A stretch of DNA of 61,940 bases, counting the filler, from Sluysia triapertura (lineage: Eukaryota): assembly GCA_046118255.1 (NCBI GenBank). It is 5 parts of 5 records of this genome, joined end to end, with 100 filler letters (N's around TTAATTAATTAA, not from the genome) between each part and the next. Parts side by side here need not be neighbours in the genome. Positions count along the whole stretch, not along the records: positions 37,902 to 49,450 come from JBJNIA010183446.1; positions 49,551 to 61,940 come from JBJNIA010113975.1; 3 more parts are not named here. One strand, written 5' to 3'. A program made the position numbers and the translations under genes. A model generated the notes under the pieces. That model was not told where the DNA came from and ran no database searches. It saw only the letters and a list, made by a program, of their open reading frames with translations. Each line of letters opens with the position of its first letter. Position 1 is the first letter of the stretch. Positions 39,295-53,339 of this stretch are shown in pieces.

Positions 39295-40330
39295 TTGTCA
39301 TCACAACCCTCCAAAATCATGTAAAATCATGGTATTAAAACACTCTAAAACCATTTAAAAATCTTTCAAAGCTTTTAAATCACTTAAATATTTCTTTTCC
39401 AAAAAAGAAATTGTTTTTCGAAAAAAGAAAATTCGCTTCTAAAAATAGAATAGAAGCTAGACTAGTATATAAACTAGCATCAGTTTAAATTTAGTTGCCA
39501 TTAGTTAATCGCCATTTTGAAAACATAATTAAATTTATTAGCAGCCATCTTTTCAAGTTCTCTATTCAATCAATTTTTAAAACAATTTGAGTTTATAATC
39601 AATCATTTCTACAGTAAAATAATGCAACAAGGAACCCTTCCTCGTTCCAGTTTTGTCTGCTTATTCCAAACTTTTCCTTAATATGGTAAATTATTTTATT
39701 TTAAGGCAATTTTGATTTTTTAAAATCAAGATTATAAAATATACGTAAAATTCGAATTTTATCAATTTATTGAGGGAAAATTTTTGACTTACATTCAAAA
39801 AGGAAGATGATTAAAGATGTTAGGTCAGCCATCACGACTTAAAATCTCACAAAATGCTTTAAAATTATTTATGTCAAAAAACACCTAAAAAATATTAATT
39901 TTCCAAAAAAGAAAATAAAATTTCTAAAAAAGAAAGTTTGCTTCTATGAATAGAATAGAAGCTTCTAGAATGTTCTAGAACATTCCATCGATTTTCATTG
40001 GCTGATGACTAATATATGAACTAGCATCAGTTTAAAGAAAATGGTCATTTTAATTATTCAGCCATTGTAATTACACATTCATTTTAATCAGTCAGTCATT
40101 TTGGAAAATTTTAGTCAAGCTAAATTATCAGTGCTAATTGCAATTTGGTGTAAAACAGCTCAGATTGGATTGCAGTCAAATCAACGGATTTTTGTTCCAC
40201 GCAAGAGTAAATTATTTTATTATTAAGGTGATTTTGATTTCCTAAAATCAAAATCTTAAAATCCACTTAAATCAATTTTAGTTATAATATCAATTTTTTA
40301 GTAAGGACTCCGACATATTGAGGGAAATGT
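39295..40330 (+). repeat. LTR-like repeat starting TGTCATCACAACCC with an internal ~520-bp diverged tandem duplication
   Basis: ttttccaaaaaagaaa..aatagaatagaagct..aactagcatcagtttaaa at ~39395 and ~39899; reverse-complement terminus GTTGTGATGACA also at ~44045 and ~56831. Confidence 0.55.
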
Positions 40331-42729
40331 TAAACTTAAATTTTAAAAACCATCAGATCGAATATCCCAAAAGGATTTAGATCTTAATATATTTAATATC
40401 ATTGTATTATATTTTATTTTGTCTTACAATCTGATCTACGTGTGTATTTAATTTAATAAACTTCAAAAATTAATTGAGGTTTTATTCATTGTAATATTTG
40501 AAGTTTAATACCCTCTAAACGTGTTTAAAATGATATTTTTAAGTGATTTAAATAAGATTTTCAGCTTATAAGTTATAGAGGTGCCAACTACTAGTTGTAA
40601 GACGCTTACTGTAACCGGACCCTGCTCAATTTTTTACTTTACCGTAGGTTTAGCATTAAGGAAAACCATAGTAAAGATCTCAACAGGATTTTAATCGTAA
40701 AATAACATTTGGATTCTTGATTTTTCGAATAATTTTACTTATTGTGTAAATTTTGTTTTTTGAACTCTTGATTGTTGTATTTAATTTAATATAATTACAG
40801 TTGATTTAGTTTTTTATTGTGACAAATTTTATGACTCTCTTAGAAGTCATTAAGTTAGAGATGTGTTAAACGTATGTTTTCGAGTAAATATAGTAAGATT
40901 ATTAATTTTAAGATTACAGAAACGCCAACTACACGTTTTAAGACGTTTAATGTAACCGAATCCTTCTCAACCTTTATTTTGCCGTAGGTTAAGAGTTAAG
41001 AAAACAACATCAATGCATTTCATGATTATGTTTTATTATGTTTGATAATGTGTGATACCCGCTCTTACTCAAAATCATAAGGAAATTTATTAATTAAAAA
41101 TGATTTTCAAACAATTATAATTAAATTAATTAATTAATTAATTTAATTTTTTAAAACTTTATAAAATATGGATCCCTTTACCTTCAAGCTACAATATCTT
41201 TATAGTCAATTTAAGTTCCGACAACCCCTTGCAACCTTGATAAGCATTTTAGTAACATTATTAGGTAGTAGAAATCTTTAAAATATTTCAGAAATAAAAG
41301 CATTGCTATTAATATTTAAAATAAATTTGATAAACTAGTAATTAACACAAAGACGTGGAGAAGTGAATCAGAGTGTTGAAGATGAAAACATCTAGAGCCC
41401 ATTGAGTATCTTATAAAGTACTAAACAATTTTAGAATCCTAATAAAACCTTTAAACATAAAATAAGATGAAAATTAAAAATAAATAAATAAATAAATTGA
41501 CTTAATTATAAAAAGTAGGCTTTTACGAATAACACTTGAATGAAGAATGCTATATTTAATTTGAAACTGTGTAAGTATATGTTTTAAAAAGACCTTTCAA
41601 TGAAAGTATGGTTTGACCGAGTTCATGCATGGAAATATTTAATATTGAGCAAAGTCAAATTTTAATTAATTCCTAATTATGGAATATTGAATTTTTATAC
41701 GTATGTGATGACTAAGACTAATTTATGTCGAAAATCATGTGTGTATTATAATTTATGTTGAAAATCATGACTAATTTATAGTGAATGTACATTGATATTT
41801 ATAACAATATTTATGATTTTGTTTTGGTTTTGTTAATTTTAATTTTGTTTCACTTTTATTAATTTTATAAAAATTACAAATTTTATCTTGGAATTATAAA
41901 TTTTATTTGGGGATTTCATGTAATAATTTTTATTATTAATTAATTAATTTTATCATTTAATTTTAACTTTTAGCGAAACTAATGTCACTAAGATTTAAAA
42001 AAATTTTTATTAATTGTTTGAATGTTTTAATTCGATATTTTTGTTTTAGTCTGACTAAGGTATTTTCAATGATACGCACACAAAAAATTTTTAAGATTAT
42101 AAAATCAGAGTTTTACTAGAGCTTTTTGGATTGCAAATAGACAATTCTGCGAAAAGACTAATTGTTTAGTGACGTTAGTTTATTTTCATTAAGTTGGATA
42201 ATTATTATTATCATCAATAAAATCAACTAAAAATAATTTTTTAAATCTTGAGATCATATAATGATCTACTGTAAATTATAATTTTTAAAATTTTAAATCC
42301 TCAGTCTAACTAACTGAGAAACAGTTAGTCTACGTAATTTAATTATTGATATTTTTATTTTGTACTTTTTGAGAATAAAAAATTTCATTTTTCTTTATTA
42401 ATTGATCTACTAATTTATATAGTTTTAAATTATATTAAACTACTACTTTTTATCGATTTCGGGAGACTAGAATTTAATTCTAGGAGGAAAAATTTTTTTA
42501 ACGATTCCATACAGAGGAATCAACGCAAAATCAATAACTAAATTTTATTCTTTATTTAATTTAAATTATTAAGATTTTTAAACTTAACAAATTCACCTCC
42601 AGATAAAAGAACTCTACTGACATATTTTTCAAACTTATCTTGCAAAAATCCAACGCTGACCCTAGCTGGTAAGTCTAGGACTCACATACTCAACTTCTTT
42701 TATTCTATTTACTTTGCTTACCTTTCTCA

Positions 42730-42730
<1 letters not shown>

Positions 42731-42787
<57 letters not shown>
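42731..42787. repeat. (ATT)n microsatellite
   Basis: Direct. Confidence 0.95.
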
Positions 42788-45700
42788 TATTGTAAAAATA
42801 ATAATAATACTAAAAAAAACTACAGTTGTCGCACCTAGTGATTCTATTATGGTCAGAGTAAATAAAAAGCCATATTGAAATCCAGTTTTTCTACAACGTA
42901 GATTACTTCTTAAAATAACACCAACAAATGTTTGTGACCCATCTTATTAGAACCAATATCGAATCATATAATAATTAATTGTCCTTCATCCTAATGTAAA
43001 TGTTTATGTAACAGTTATACTAAAACTGAAAATCACATGCCTTTAATTTTAATAAGTTAAAAAAGAACATATTTTATAATTCAAATTCAAAATATTGATG
43101 TGTAAGTGCTATTAATAAAGACAATTATGGTAAACATTTAAGACATGTTTTAAAACACCAAATGACAGACAACAACACGATGGCACTTGGTAAATGAAAA
43201 ATCTTATTTCTCAATCTATACGTTATTTAATGAAAGAATGTTTGAAACATATGTATACTCTAAAAACTTTCCTGAAAAATCAAATATACAATGTATAATA
43301 TGCTATCCAACAATAATTAATTTATATTCATCACTATTTTTTGATGATACTTTATTGACGAAAGCTTTAAGTAAATCAAGTGGTTGGTACGAATAGTCTG
43401 TTCACCACTTCAGTTTCTCGAATAGTAGAAACATATGGAGTTAGATTGATATTTCAATTACAATTATTAAATTCAATGCACGTTATTCAAAAGCTAATGA
43501 AACAGAAGAACCTGATCTTAATCGAATGCTAGGAAAATCTGGATTTCTAACAATCCAATATTTCCATATATTGACATTGGTTTTAAATTTACTAATTTTT
43601 TAAGTATTTTAAATGTTTTCGTTTTTGATTATATATATTATTTATTATATATTAAATTAATTTAATTTAACTTCAGTGAAATCCCCACCTCCCGTGAAAC
43701 TAAATAATAAAACCAAAATACAATTCAAAAATCTTTAAAGTATATTAACACAAAAAATTATCTTAGCAAATATCTTAAGATTGATAGAATATGAACAGGA
43801 TTCAAAGAAATAAAAAAGAAAAAACAATATTTAAAAATTAAAACCTGAAGCTCCAATACGGTAGTGGTATTGAATAATCAAAATTGATATTAAATAAAGT
43901 GATAATTCCAATAAATTGTGTTACTACATTGTGATTGATCTTCAACTGAAACTAATGTCCAATCACAATTAAGCAGAATTCCCGAACTTTTCAGAAAATT
44001 CTAGATTACTATTTTCTTTTTTAGAAATTTTGTAATTTTAAGAGTTGTGATGACAATAATAATAAATATTTATGGTGATGACAATAAATAAATTTTTAAA
44101 TAAATATTTTTAAAGGTTTAAAAACGTTGATTATTCTAAACTATAAAAGGTATTTTGGCAAGTACTTATCAAATAAAAAATTAAGAAGACCCCTAAAGCC
44201 AATAAACGCTCGAGCGCATGAGAAAAACACACACAAGTATCACACTATACTTTTAAATATAATTTTGAAATTACTGATGATTTAAACTGTCAAATATAAA
44301 TTTATTTCTTAAAAAATAATATTGATGTAAACGTCACTCATATACAAGTTTAAAGCATTTCGAATAATAAATAGTTAAATAGTTATGTCGGGATCAGGAC
44401 CATTGAAATTAGTAACTGAAAAAATAATTATAATAATAATGAAAATATGATGATAATAATAATAAATAATAACAATAATAAATCTAACCTTATGTGACCT
44501 ACAATGAAAATGAATAATATAATAATCCACTTACCTCATATGACCGATTTGATTACCTAAGTATAAATAATTAATAATGCTACTAAAAATATACTTACGG
44601 AAAATATATAATGGAGTCATTTTTCTAAATTTCACAACAAAGATAGAGAACAAACAATCGTTAAAAGTGTTAATAAATTCTTTGTGGTCATTATAATTTG
44701 AAACTCAGTGTTTTGTGGTATTCATCGTTGGTTATCGATCGATCTGGGCTTATTAGTTTGCGGTGTTTGTTCCAGTTGCCATTCATCAAATTGATTTACT
44801 ATTTTACTGTTCCAGTGACTATCGATTTAAATTGATTTTGTTACCTGCGAATTGAGTTATCCATCAGTTTTTTATATTAAGGTTTTATTTCCGTTAGGAA
44901 GTAAAATATCATACTTAGATTCATTTAACTGAACATTTAGCCTAGGCTAAATATAATTTTATTTTTTAAAATTTTAAAAGAGTACTAGAAGTGATTCTAG
45001 ATATTACAAACTACTATTTTGCCATTATATTTGAATTTAATAATTTAACTGTGTTTTGTGTTCAATAATTTTTGTATTCGATATTTTAGCAATTTTAGTA
45101 ACATACCTTAGAATTTTTTGTTGATTTATTAATTATTGAAAGATTTTTAAACATAATTTAGGTTGAAAATTATCTCTGTGAAAAGAATAATCATACCTAT
45201 TCAAGAATAAAGTAGTAATTAAAGTAATAATCAAGTTCTTAATAACTAAAGTAATTGAGGAATTAAAGAAAATAACAACGCTGGACAAGAGAATAATTTT
45301 ATGTAATAATTGAAAAGCGGTAATAGTTAAAGACATAGATACCATAAAGGTAACATAAAATACCATAGGTAACATAAAGGTATTGATAAGAATAAAAGAA
45401 AGTTTTTTCTTCACAAAAAGTATATTAACAAATTTTTACGAAATATACCCTAAACATATTTTTTGAATTCATTGGCAGATCTGAATAAAATTACTTACAT
45501 AATTTGATATAAAATTATTAATTCGTTATCATTTATAAATAAGGTAAAACGTGAATTAACCTATTAAATTAAGCGACTCGTTATTTAAGTAACATTTTAA
45601 ATGGAATAGATTCTTGAGTTCTTAAACATTGAATAAAGTTTTATTGGTTAAACTCTCATTGGGGTAATTGTAAGATTTAAGGGTTCATCTATTGAAGAAA

Positions 45701-48700
45701 ATTAAGATTGATTTAAAGAGTAGATTTCAAGAAACGCAGTATTATTTAAGGTTAATTCTTAAGTAGAAAGGTTCGATCTCGATTTTATAATTGCTATACC
45801 TGCGAGTGCGTATCTTTTGGTTTAAACAGTACATCATAGGCGGACCATTATTCGCATAATTTGCTATGTAATAAGAAGAAAGCACAACAATTAAAATTCA
45901 CTACATTTAAATTAGTATAAAATCAAAGATAAAATCTTTTAATTAATGTTTATGAGTTGCATTTTTAACAGCAAATAAAACTGTTAAATAAATTATTTCG
46001 GTAAATTTTTAAGTGTCATAATTTTGAAAATATAAATTTATATTGTGTAAAAATTTTTACTGTTTATAAAAGTATTAGAAACTAATTTACACATTACATA
46101 ATTTTATTGAATTAAACTGTTAATTGATTCTCCAGAAGTATATTTAAAATAAAGATACTAATTTGTATAGGTATAAATTATTCGTCTATTTTTTAGCGTA
46201 ATTTTAATAGACTAAACTTATTCTAACATCCTATTTTAAAGATCTTAAAATCATTTATTAAGTAATCTCGCAAATACGAGGAATATAATCATTAATGAAC
46301 CAAGGACTCAATCTAAATTTATTAAGGATTAACAATTATCAAAAACATCATTATTTGAATTAAGTAATCATGATCTGATTAAGTAATTATCTGATTATAA
46401 ATCCAGTGGACAAGTCCTTAAGTGCGAAATACTTGGATCACAGGCGAACTAACTTATATAAAATTTAAAATTAATTGTTATTATAGGTTTTCCATAGAAA
46501 CTACATCGCAATGTACATTCAAATTTATGTATTTAATTAGAATATTAATTACTTTGTTTTTAGTTAAATATTTCATTTGTGATATTGATTATGTTAAATT
46601 GAATTTATTCAGATAAAAATTATCTAAGAATAATATTGTAAGAATCAATTAATGACACAAATTATTTTACTAGCTTCAGATTAAAATGTATTTAGTTAAC
46701 CAAGACTAAATATGGCATGTCAGAGTACTTTTATTATTACATCTTCTTTTACTTATAATTATAATTATAATAGTAATATTTTTAATAATATTTTAATAAT
46801 TATAATAATATTTTTAAAAAGTTATGAAACCTATAGCTAATTGGTGAAAAGAAATTATAAATATGATTTTGCTGATAATGTTTAATTTGAAATAAATATT
46901 AAGTTAAAATAAACGTTTTATAAATTAATTGTATTATTTGTTCATTGTTTTAAGTATAAAAATACAAGCATTTTCACAAACATAAAAAAAACTTTTAGCA
47001 AGACTTATCAATCTTCTCATAATCTTGGTAAACACAGACATCAATTAGCATCGGAATCCTTCATAGCACCATCACCATAGGATCTTGGATAATGTATATT
47101 ATTGCCAATCCTGAAACATTTTGATGTTGGAAAATTTTTATGAATTAAAATCCGTAAGTTTATTCATGCTAAGTTTTCCTTATTTAAGTAAGATATAAAA
47201 TCTCTCTTGATATCAATTTTTAAAATACTAATTAATTGAAGAAATCTAGTGCAATAATAGCATTATTTTCATTTACTTTATTTTTACAGAAATGTGGAAA
47301 TTGAAACTTATAGAATAAAGTAAAAGCTTAGCGTGAGTTCACCAACGTACTGGGCTTACCGGTTAGGGCCAGCCGTTGGATTTTGTAAATCAAAAGGTCT
47401 CTATTAATGCTGAAAAAAAATTACTAGAAAAATTCAAAAGTTAATTACTCTTTTAAATATCTGGAGGTAAGTTAAAGATTTCGTTAATTTGATAATAATG
47501 TTGATTCCTTGATATGGTATCTGTAAATTGATTTTTCGTAGTTAGAAATAAACTTTTTGAAAACGTGTATATCGATCAATTTTATAATTGAAACTATAAA
47601 AAATTAAGTATAAGTACAAATTAATTGTTAAGGATTTATTTTGAAAAAAACGTTAAACGTATACAACGCGATAAATATAAATGATATTTTTCACAAATTA
47701 ACTACTGGAGTTAATGAAATAAAAATAATTGATTTTAATCTGACATTCATCCAAGATAAAAAATCAGAATAAATAATCAGAATATAAAATATAAATTAAT
47801 TTATTGTTCAATGTTATGTACAAAATTCAATAATTCAATGAAATAATCAAATCAATAATTCAATCAATAAATAATAAAAAATCAATAATTCAATGTTCAA
47901 TGTTGTTACAGAAAGTATACATCTTGGCTTTCATATTCTTATTTAATATTTTTATTATTTAGTTTTGTTATGTAATAAAAAATAGTTCGTTTGTTATTAA
48001 TGTTTAATGTATGTTAAAGTATAATTTTGTAAATGTATAATTTATAAATGGCATAAATAATTTTAATGTTTTAATTTAATTTAATTTTACATTAAAATAA
48101 TTTTAAAATGTAATTTAATGCTTAGTTTTTGTTTTTCTATAATGATTTGATAGTTGTCAATATTATTATTTGTTATTATTAGTATCATTATTAACATTAT
48201 ATTATTATTGTATTATTAAATCATTAAATTATTAAAAGTATTTATATTATTGTTGTTGTTTCATTATAATTAATTATTAAATATTATTATTATAAAATTA
48301 TAAAAGTTCATTTATTAGAAGTTTATCAATCATAACATTTAACATCATAAAATGTGTAGTAGCATTAACAGTTAATAATGAGTAGTATCATGAATCAGCA
48401 TTTATTAGTCAATGACCTCATATATCAAAAGATATAAAAACTGAATAGTCATCATTAGTAAAGCATAAATGAGACTCACAAACGATTCATTGTTTAAATT
48501 TTGATTTAACAATAATTATTTGTTTCATTCAAGAAAATTTAATTTTTGAAAAGTCGTCAGACATTAATCATCTATTCAATTCAAAAAATTTGATCTGTTT
48601 ACTAAGTCTATTTGTTGAATAATCCAATTAATTAAAAAAGAAAGAACAATAATCATTAGTATTTAAAAGTTAAGTTTGATTTAATATTTTGTTAACATAA

Positions 48701-48708
48701 TATTTTGA

Positions 48709-48838
48709 TGTTAGACTTCGTAAAATGGACTGACCGGGGATCGAACCCGAGACCTCTCGCTGCGCAGTTCGATGATCTACTACTGAGCTATCATTTCATT
48801 TTTAATATATTCAATTTTTTAGGCCTTTTACCCCAACA
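48709..48838 (-). mobile_element. tRNA(Cys-like)-containing short element, copy 3
   Basis: Reverse complement: TGTTGGGG..TGATAGCTCAGTAGTAGATCATCGAACTGCGCAGCGAGAGGTCTCGGGTTCGATCCCCGGTCAGTCCA..GTCTAACA. Confidence 0.8.
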
Positions 48839-49450
48839 ATAATATTATAGTAAAATTTAAGTTAATTACATATATAGACTTTATTAAACACAGTAACGAA
48901 AATATTATTGTTAAATAATATTATTAAAATAAATAGTATCTTAATTTTCCGTTATTATTTAAATTCGTATTATTTATTATTTTGTCAATGCTCAACACTA
49001 ATTATTATTGATTTTAGTTGACTTTGTTTAATTGATTTAAATTTTAACATATTTATTTCGGATTTTACAATTTTATTCTATTTTTATTGTTAGTCTTTTT
49101 TGTTAATTTTTATTAATATTTTTTAATTTTGAATTATGTTTAAAATTCAAATTTATTAATTAATTCTTAAATATTTATATTTGCTTAATTGTTAATTTTA
49201 TTAGTTTAAGCTGCAAATTTATTAATTTTGTTTTATTTAAAAATTCATCTCCAAGGTCGATCCACAAGGGTATGTTGTGTCTTTTAATATTTTTTAACCT
49301 TCCCAAATTATTAATTCAAAAATCAATAATTAAATAAACTCAAAACCTCAGTATATTTGATATAATATCAACGCTACAATCAGATTATATAAATTATAAT
49401 AATACGAATTGTCTCTATAAAAATGACGATACAACTATTCTTTATAAAAA

Positions 49451-49550
49451 NNNNNNNNNNNNNNNNNNNNNNNNNNNNNNNNNNNNNNNNNNNNTTAATT
49501 AATTAANNNNNNNNNNNNNNNNNNNNNNNNNNNNNNNNNNNNNNNNNNNN
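49451..49550. other. Assembly gap/linker
   Basis: N44-TTAATTAATTAA-N44. Confidence 0.97.
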
Positions 49551-49794
49551 ATATATTGTATAATATATTCAAATGTATGTGAAAAAATATAATTTTTAAT
49601 TTTCAATAATTTAAATTTGAAATTAAATAATTCTTTATCATAACCTTTACTCTATTAAAATTACACTCATAAACAAAACAATAAAATTTGACTAATTAAT
49701 TATGCAACACACTAAGTTTAATTATAAAAATTTTTGGATAAAAATAACGAATATAAGCACCTAAAATTTTACATTTAATAAATGACAAACTTAC

Positions 49795-50370
49795 AATTAA
49801 AGATTGGTTACAACTGCTATTTGGTGAAATTATACACAGGTTATTAGATATAAAAGCATTATAATCAGTTTGCTCTGCCATTATTATAGAATCTTCATTT
49901 TTATGATGTGGATTTAAAAGAATCACTGGTAGCACTTCTCTACTATTATCATTATGTTTTCGAACTCTGTAAAATTGATAATCAGCACAATATTGTTCAC
50001 TAAAGGCACTTGAAAAATTTGATAAATTTCTATGTTTATCGGTCTTGTTTGATGTTCCAGGTGAAGAAATAGATGTTGGTAATGTATCATAAGAAATAGA
50101 ATCATAAATACGTTCATTGTTACAGTCAGTATTCGCTTCTTTTTCAATTAACATATTCGTAGTTACTCTACTTTTCAAAGCTTTGATCAATTGTATCATT
50201 ACAGCTTACATTTAGTGATAGTTTACTTTGATTTAACTCAAAGGAATTGAATGTAATTTTCATCGTAATAAATGCACTTATCATCAGATTGACGAAATCG
50301 AGTTTCAGAATTGTAAATAACAAGTTATTGACGAAGCCTAAATTTTTCTTACTGACTACTTTTTGTGTTC
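49795..50370 (-). pseudogene. Exon-like fragment of an unidentified gene, apparently frameshifted
   Basis: Long frame ending at a GTAAGT donor (49794); the frame from the candidate acceptor at ~50370 stops near 50170. Confidence 0.3.
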
Positions 50371-50419
50371 TAATTTAAATTTTATAATGTCTATATATGT
50401 ACAAGTGTTTTAACTTAAA

Positions 50420-52065
50420 AAGACTTAACTTATTCTTGCAAACAAATTCAGTGTGTCTAATTAGACACGATTTAAATATGGACGAAGACGTTCTAATTAG
50501 GATTTAAATCTTACAACAAATCCAAAGCACTTATGAGGTACTTGAAAGAGTTCATATAAATTTAAACGAAATGGCCAAAATATAATAGTTAAATTATATG
50601 AACTTTCTTAACACGTGAAAATGAAATTATCTAAATGAATGTATTTTTATCGATTCACAAATTAAATCAGCCTATTGTGGTCTGACAAATGTTTCAGGAT
50701 TTTACATGTTAAATCAGCCTGTTACGGTATTATATACATATGAATATTTTAATCAAATTTAATAACAGTTAACTTACAACGTAAACTCACTAAAATGTAT
50801 CATAAAATTAACTTATGAATGTGCAACAATCGAATTGAAAAAAATATAAGTAATACACAATTAAGATGATATAATATTGCGAAGTTTTTATCTATGAAAT
50901 GCAAAATGATAATTCTGGAGAAGAGTTCACCTAACAGAGGCGTCTTATATCTTGCCGAAGGCGATCTATTAGGATTTTAAAATGAGTCACTTTAAACTAT
51001 GATTTGCCGCGTAATCTCCAAATTAGATTTGGTAAAAAATCAATCTCGGATATTTTATAATATTTTGAGTTAGCCTTTTTACGGTCTAATTAAATAATGA
51101 GGTATTTTAGGATCTTTAGCTAGCCTTATTACGGTCTAGCAAATAATATTATAATTTAAATATTGAGCTAGCCTCTTACGGTCTAGCGGGGAAAATAATA
51201 TTTTTATTTATTCACAATAATAGGATACAACCTCAAAGTATATTACTAAACAACTAAATTATACAAGATGCTATAAATAACTATTGACAAGAAAAATTTA
51301 TAATATAGATAAGCAATTTACCAACGTAAATCAATATGATTTAGTTGATAAAATTTAAATGTATTTAACTTAGCCGGTTACGGTCTAAGTAAAAGATTAT
51401 TTAGTTTAAGTTGATTTTATATTCTCCCGGTTACAGTGAGAATAACAAAACCTATATAAAATATCTTACTTTCATGGACATTGAGGAATTGACGAAGAAC
51501 AAAGTTTTGATCTAAAATCTAAAAATCTCAATAAAATTTCAACACTTACATGGTGAATTTCTAGTCACCATATTTGTTTTTCTTTTTAATCCAATAAAAC
51601 AAATATATTAATTAATTAATTTAAACAAACATTTAAAATATTTTTATTTTATAATTTTTTAGTAATTTAGTTTTTTACTTAATTTATTTATTCAATTAAA
51701 AATATTAATATTAATATAATAATCTAAAATAAAATTTTATTTAAAATTCAGTCCTAATTCAGTTGTCACAATGTACATAGAATTTTAGTACCTCAAGAAT
51801 AAATCTTAGGTACCAAATTTATGTTTTAGTTTGAGAATAACCTATCTAGTTACGGTCTAGGACAAAAAATTTAGAATTTGAGTGTGATTTTAAAAACCCT
51901 ATCAATTACGATTAAATTGAATAAACTTATACAAAAACTTTACCTATGCATGGAATTGATGATATATTCTATCGGATAACTTGATAAAATAAACTGTGAT
52001 AATAAAACGATTCTTTAAATCCAAATTTTCACTGTCTATTTATATTAATAATCGCCATCTTGTTT
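50420..52065. repeat. Structured dispersed repeat, largest cluster (two long-hairpin modules, about 8 bulged hairpins)
   Basis: Hairpins at 50667, 50714, 51068, 51119, 51167, 51368, 51421, 51841; long hairpins at ~50455-50502 and ~50927-50973. Confidence 0.8.
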
Positions 52066-52559
52066 TTTTATTTAGGAATTGATTTATTCAAACAAATTAA
52101 ATATTTCTCTTTTTATAAAAATTAATTTATATCAAAATTGAATGTCTTATTTTTTATTTTATTAGAATTTTGTTTAATTTTAATTTTAGTATTTATAATA
52201 AAAATAATATTGAAAATTTATAATATAACAGATAAATATATTGTTTTATTATTATATTCACAAGATAAAACAAATTATTAACAATTTTTTTAAACATTAA
52301 TTTCAAAATAAAATGTTTGTCAAATAAAATTGTTAAATTTGATTTTCTAACATTAATTGCGAAAATCCATTAAGTTATTCAATTAAAAATAATTCCATTA
52401 AATACTTATAAGTTCCATAAAATAATGCTACTAGGGAAATATTTTCATTTTTTATTAATGCATTAGTTTAATTGCAATCCATTATCTTAATGACGCTGTT
52501 TATCAATTAATTTGATCACATGTTTTCTATATTTGCATCCGTATCATTAACAATAGGTT

Positions 52560-52960
52560 TAATCTTGATTAGAATTTGCTGCCGCACAAGATAAACCTTG
52601 TAGTGTTTAATCAGCGTTGCGGAGACCAAATGGCATACGAATATACTAAAAGAGTCCAAAAGGTTACTGCTGCCTTCGGTATATCTTCAAGATATAGTGA
52701 AATTTGATGGATGAATTGATGCAAGAAAATATAATGCAACCTGCAAATCTGTGTAAAATGTCACTAGTACCCAGGATTGTGATTTTATTTAACATTCGGT
52801 AGACACCGCATATTTCTTTCTTTTTAACTATTTGCAGATGTGTTGCCCAGGAACGCCGTACAATTCCTTGTTTTTCCACGTTCAGGAATTATTGCTCTGT
52901 TTGTGTCCGAATTTCTTATGATAGTTTGCGACATCGTACATGTATGGTGCTGTCTGTAAA
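52560..52960 (-). mobile_element. Ty3/gypsy reverse transcriptase N-terminal remnant
   Basis: EKQGIVRRSWATHLQIVKKK.ICGVYRMLNKIT..GCIIFSCIN; PFGL..RMPFGLRNA. Confidence 0.85.
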
Positions 52961-53339
52961 TGATCTGTGGAAAATTCTTTCGTTGGTTTGTTGCTGAACT
53001 ACCATTAAATGGGATACCTGTTCTTTTAGGTACACTAGGTTCGTAATACAGGTCTGTTATATATACGTCTACCCGGAATTCGTGATGCTGAAAGAAATAA
53101 TCTCCTATTATTGGATGATATACTGCAGCGGTGATGAAATTCCATTCAAATTCTATCTTGAATTGTTGAGTTTCATAACAAAGTACGGAACATGTAAAGA
53201 TTTGATACTCATGTAAAGGATAGTGATAACGTTCTGAAAAGATTGAAAATAAAACCAACTGAATGTTTATACGTTGAATTTTTAGAACACATTGTAAAAT
53301 AAAGACGGCATTAAACCAAATCCAAAAAACATCGAACAA

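Noticed and set aside
45133-45414. Hydrophobic ORF as a membrane protein or mitochondrial insertion
   Set aside because: No recognisable motif; composition is explicable by a T-rich strand
47325-47390. Spliced-leader RNA gene
   Set aside because: Donor-like and Sm-like words are present, but no conserved leader exon across copies; kept only as a hypothesis under the GAGTTCR module
48722-48793. Functional tRNA gene
   Set aside because: 5' acceptor strand missing in this copy, anticodon arm mispaired and variable between copies, and shared non-tRNA flanks indicate a repeat
51068-51187. Hairpin array as a true CRISPR array
   Set aside because: Eukaryotic context, no cas genes, only 2-3 units per run, repeats vary in sequence, and spacers are low-complexity
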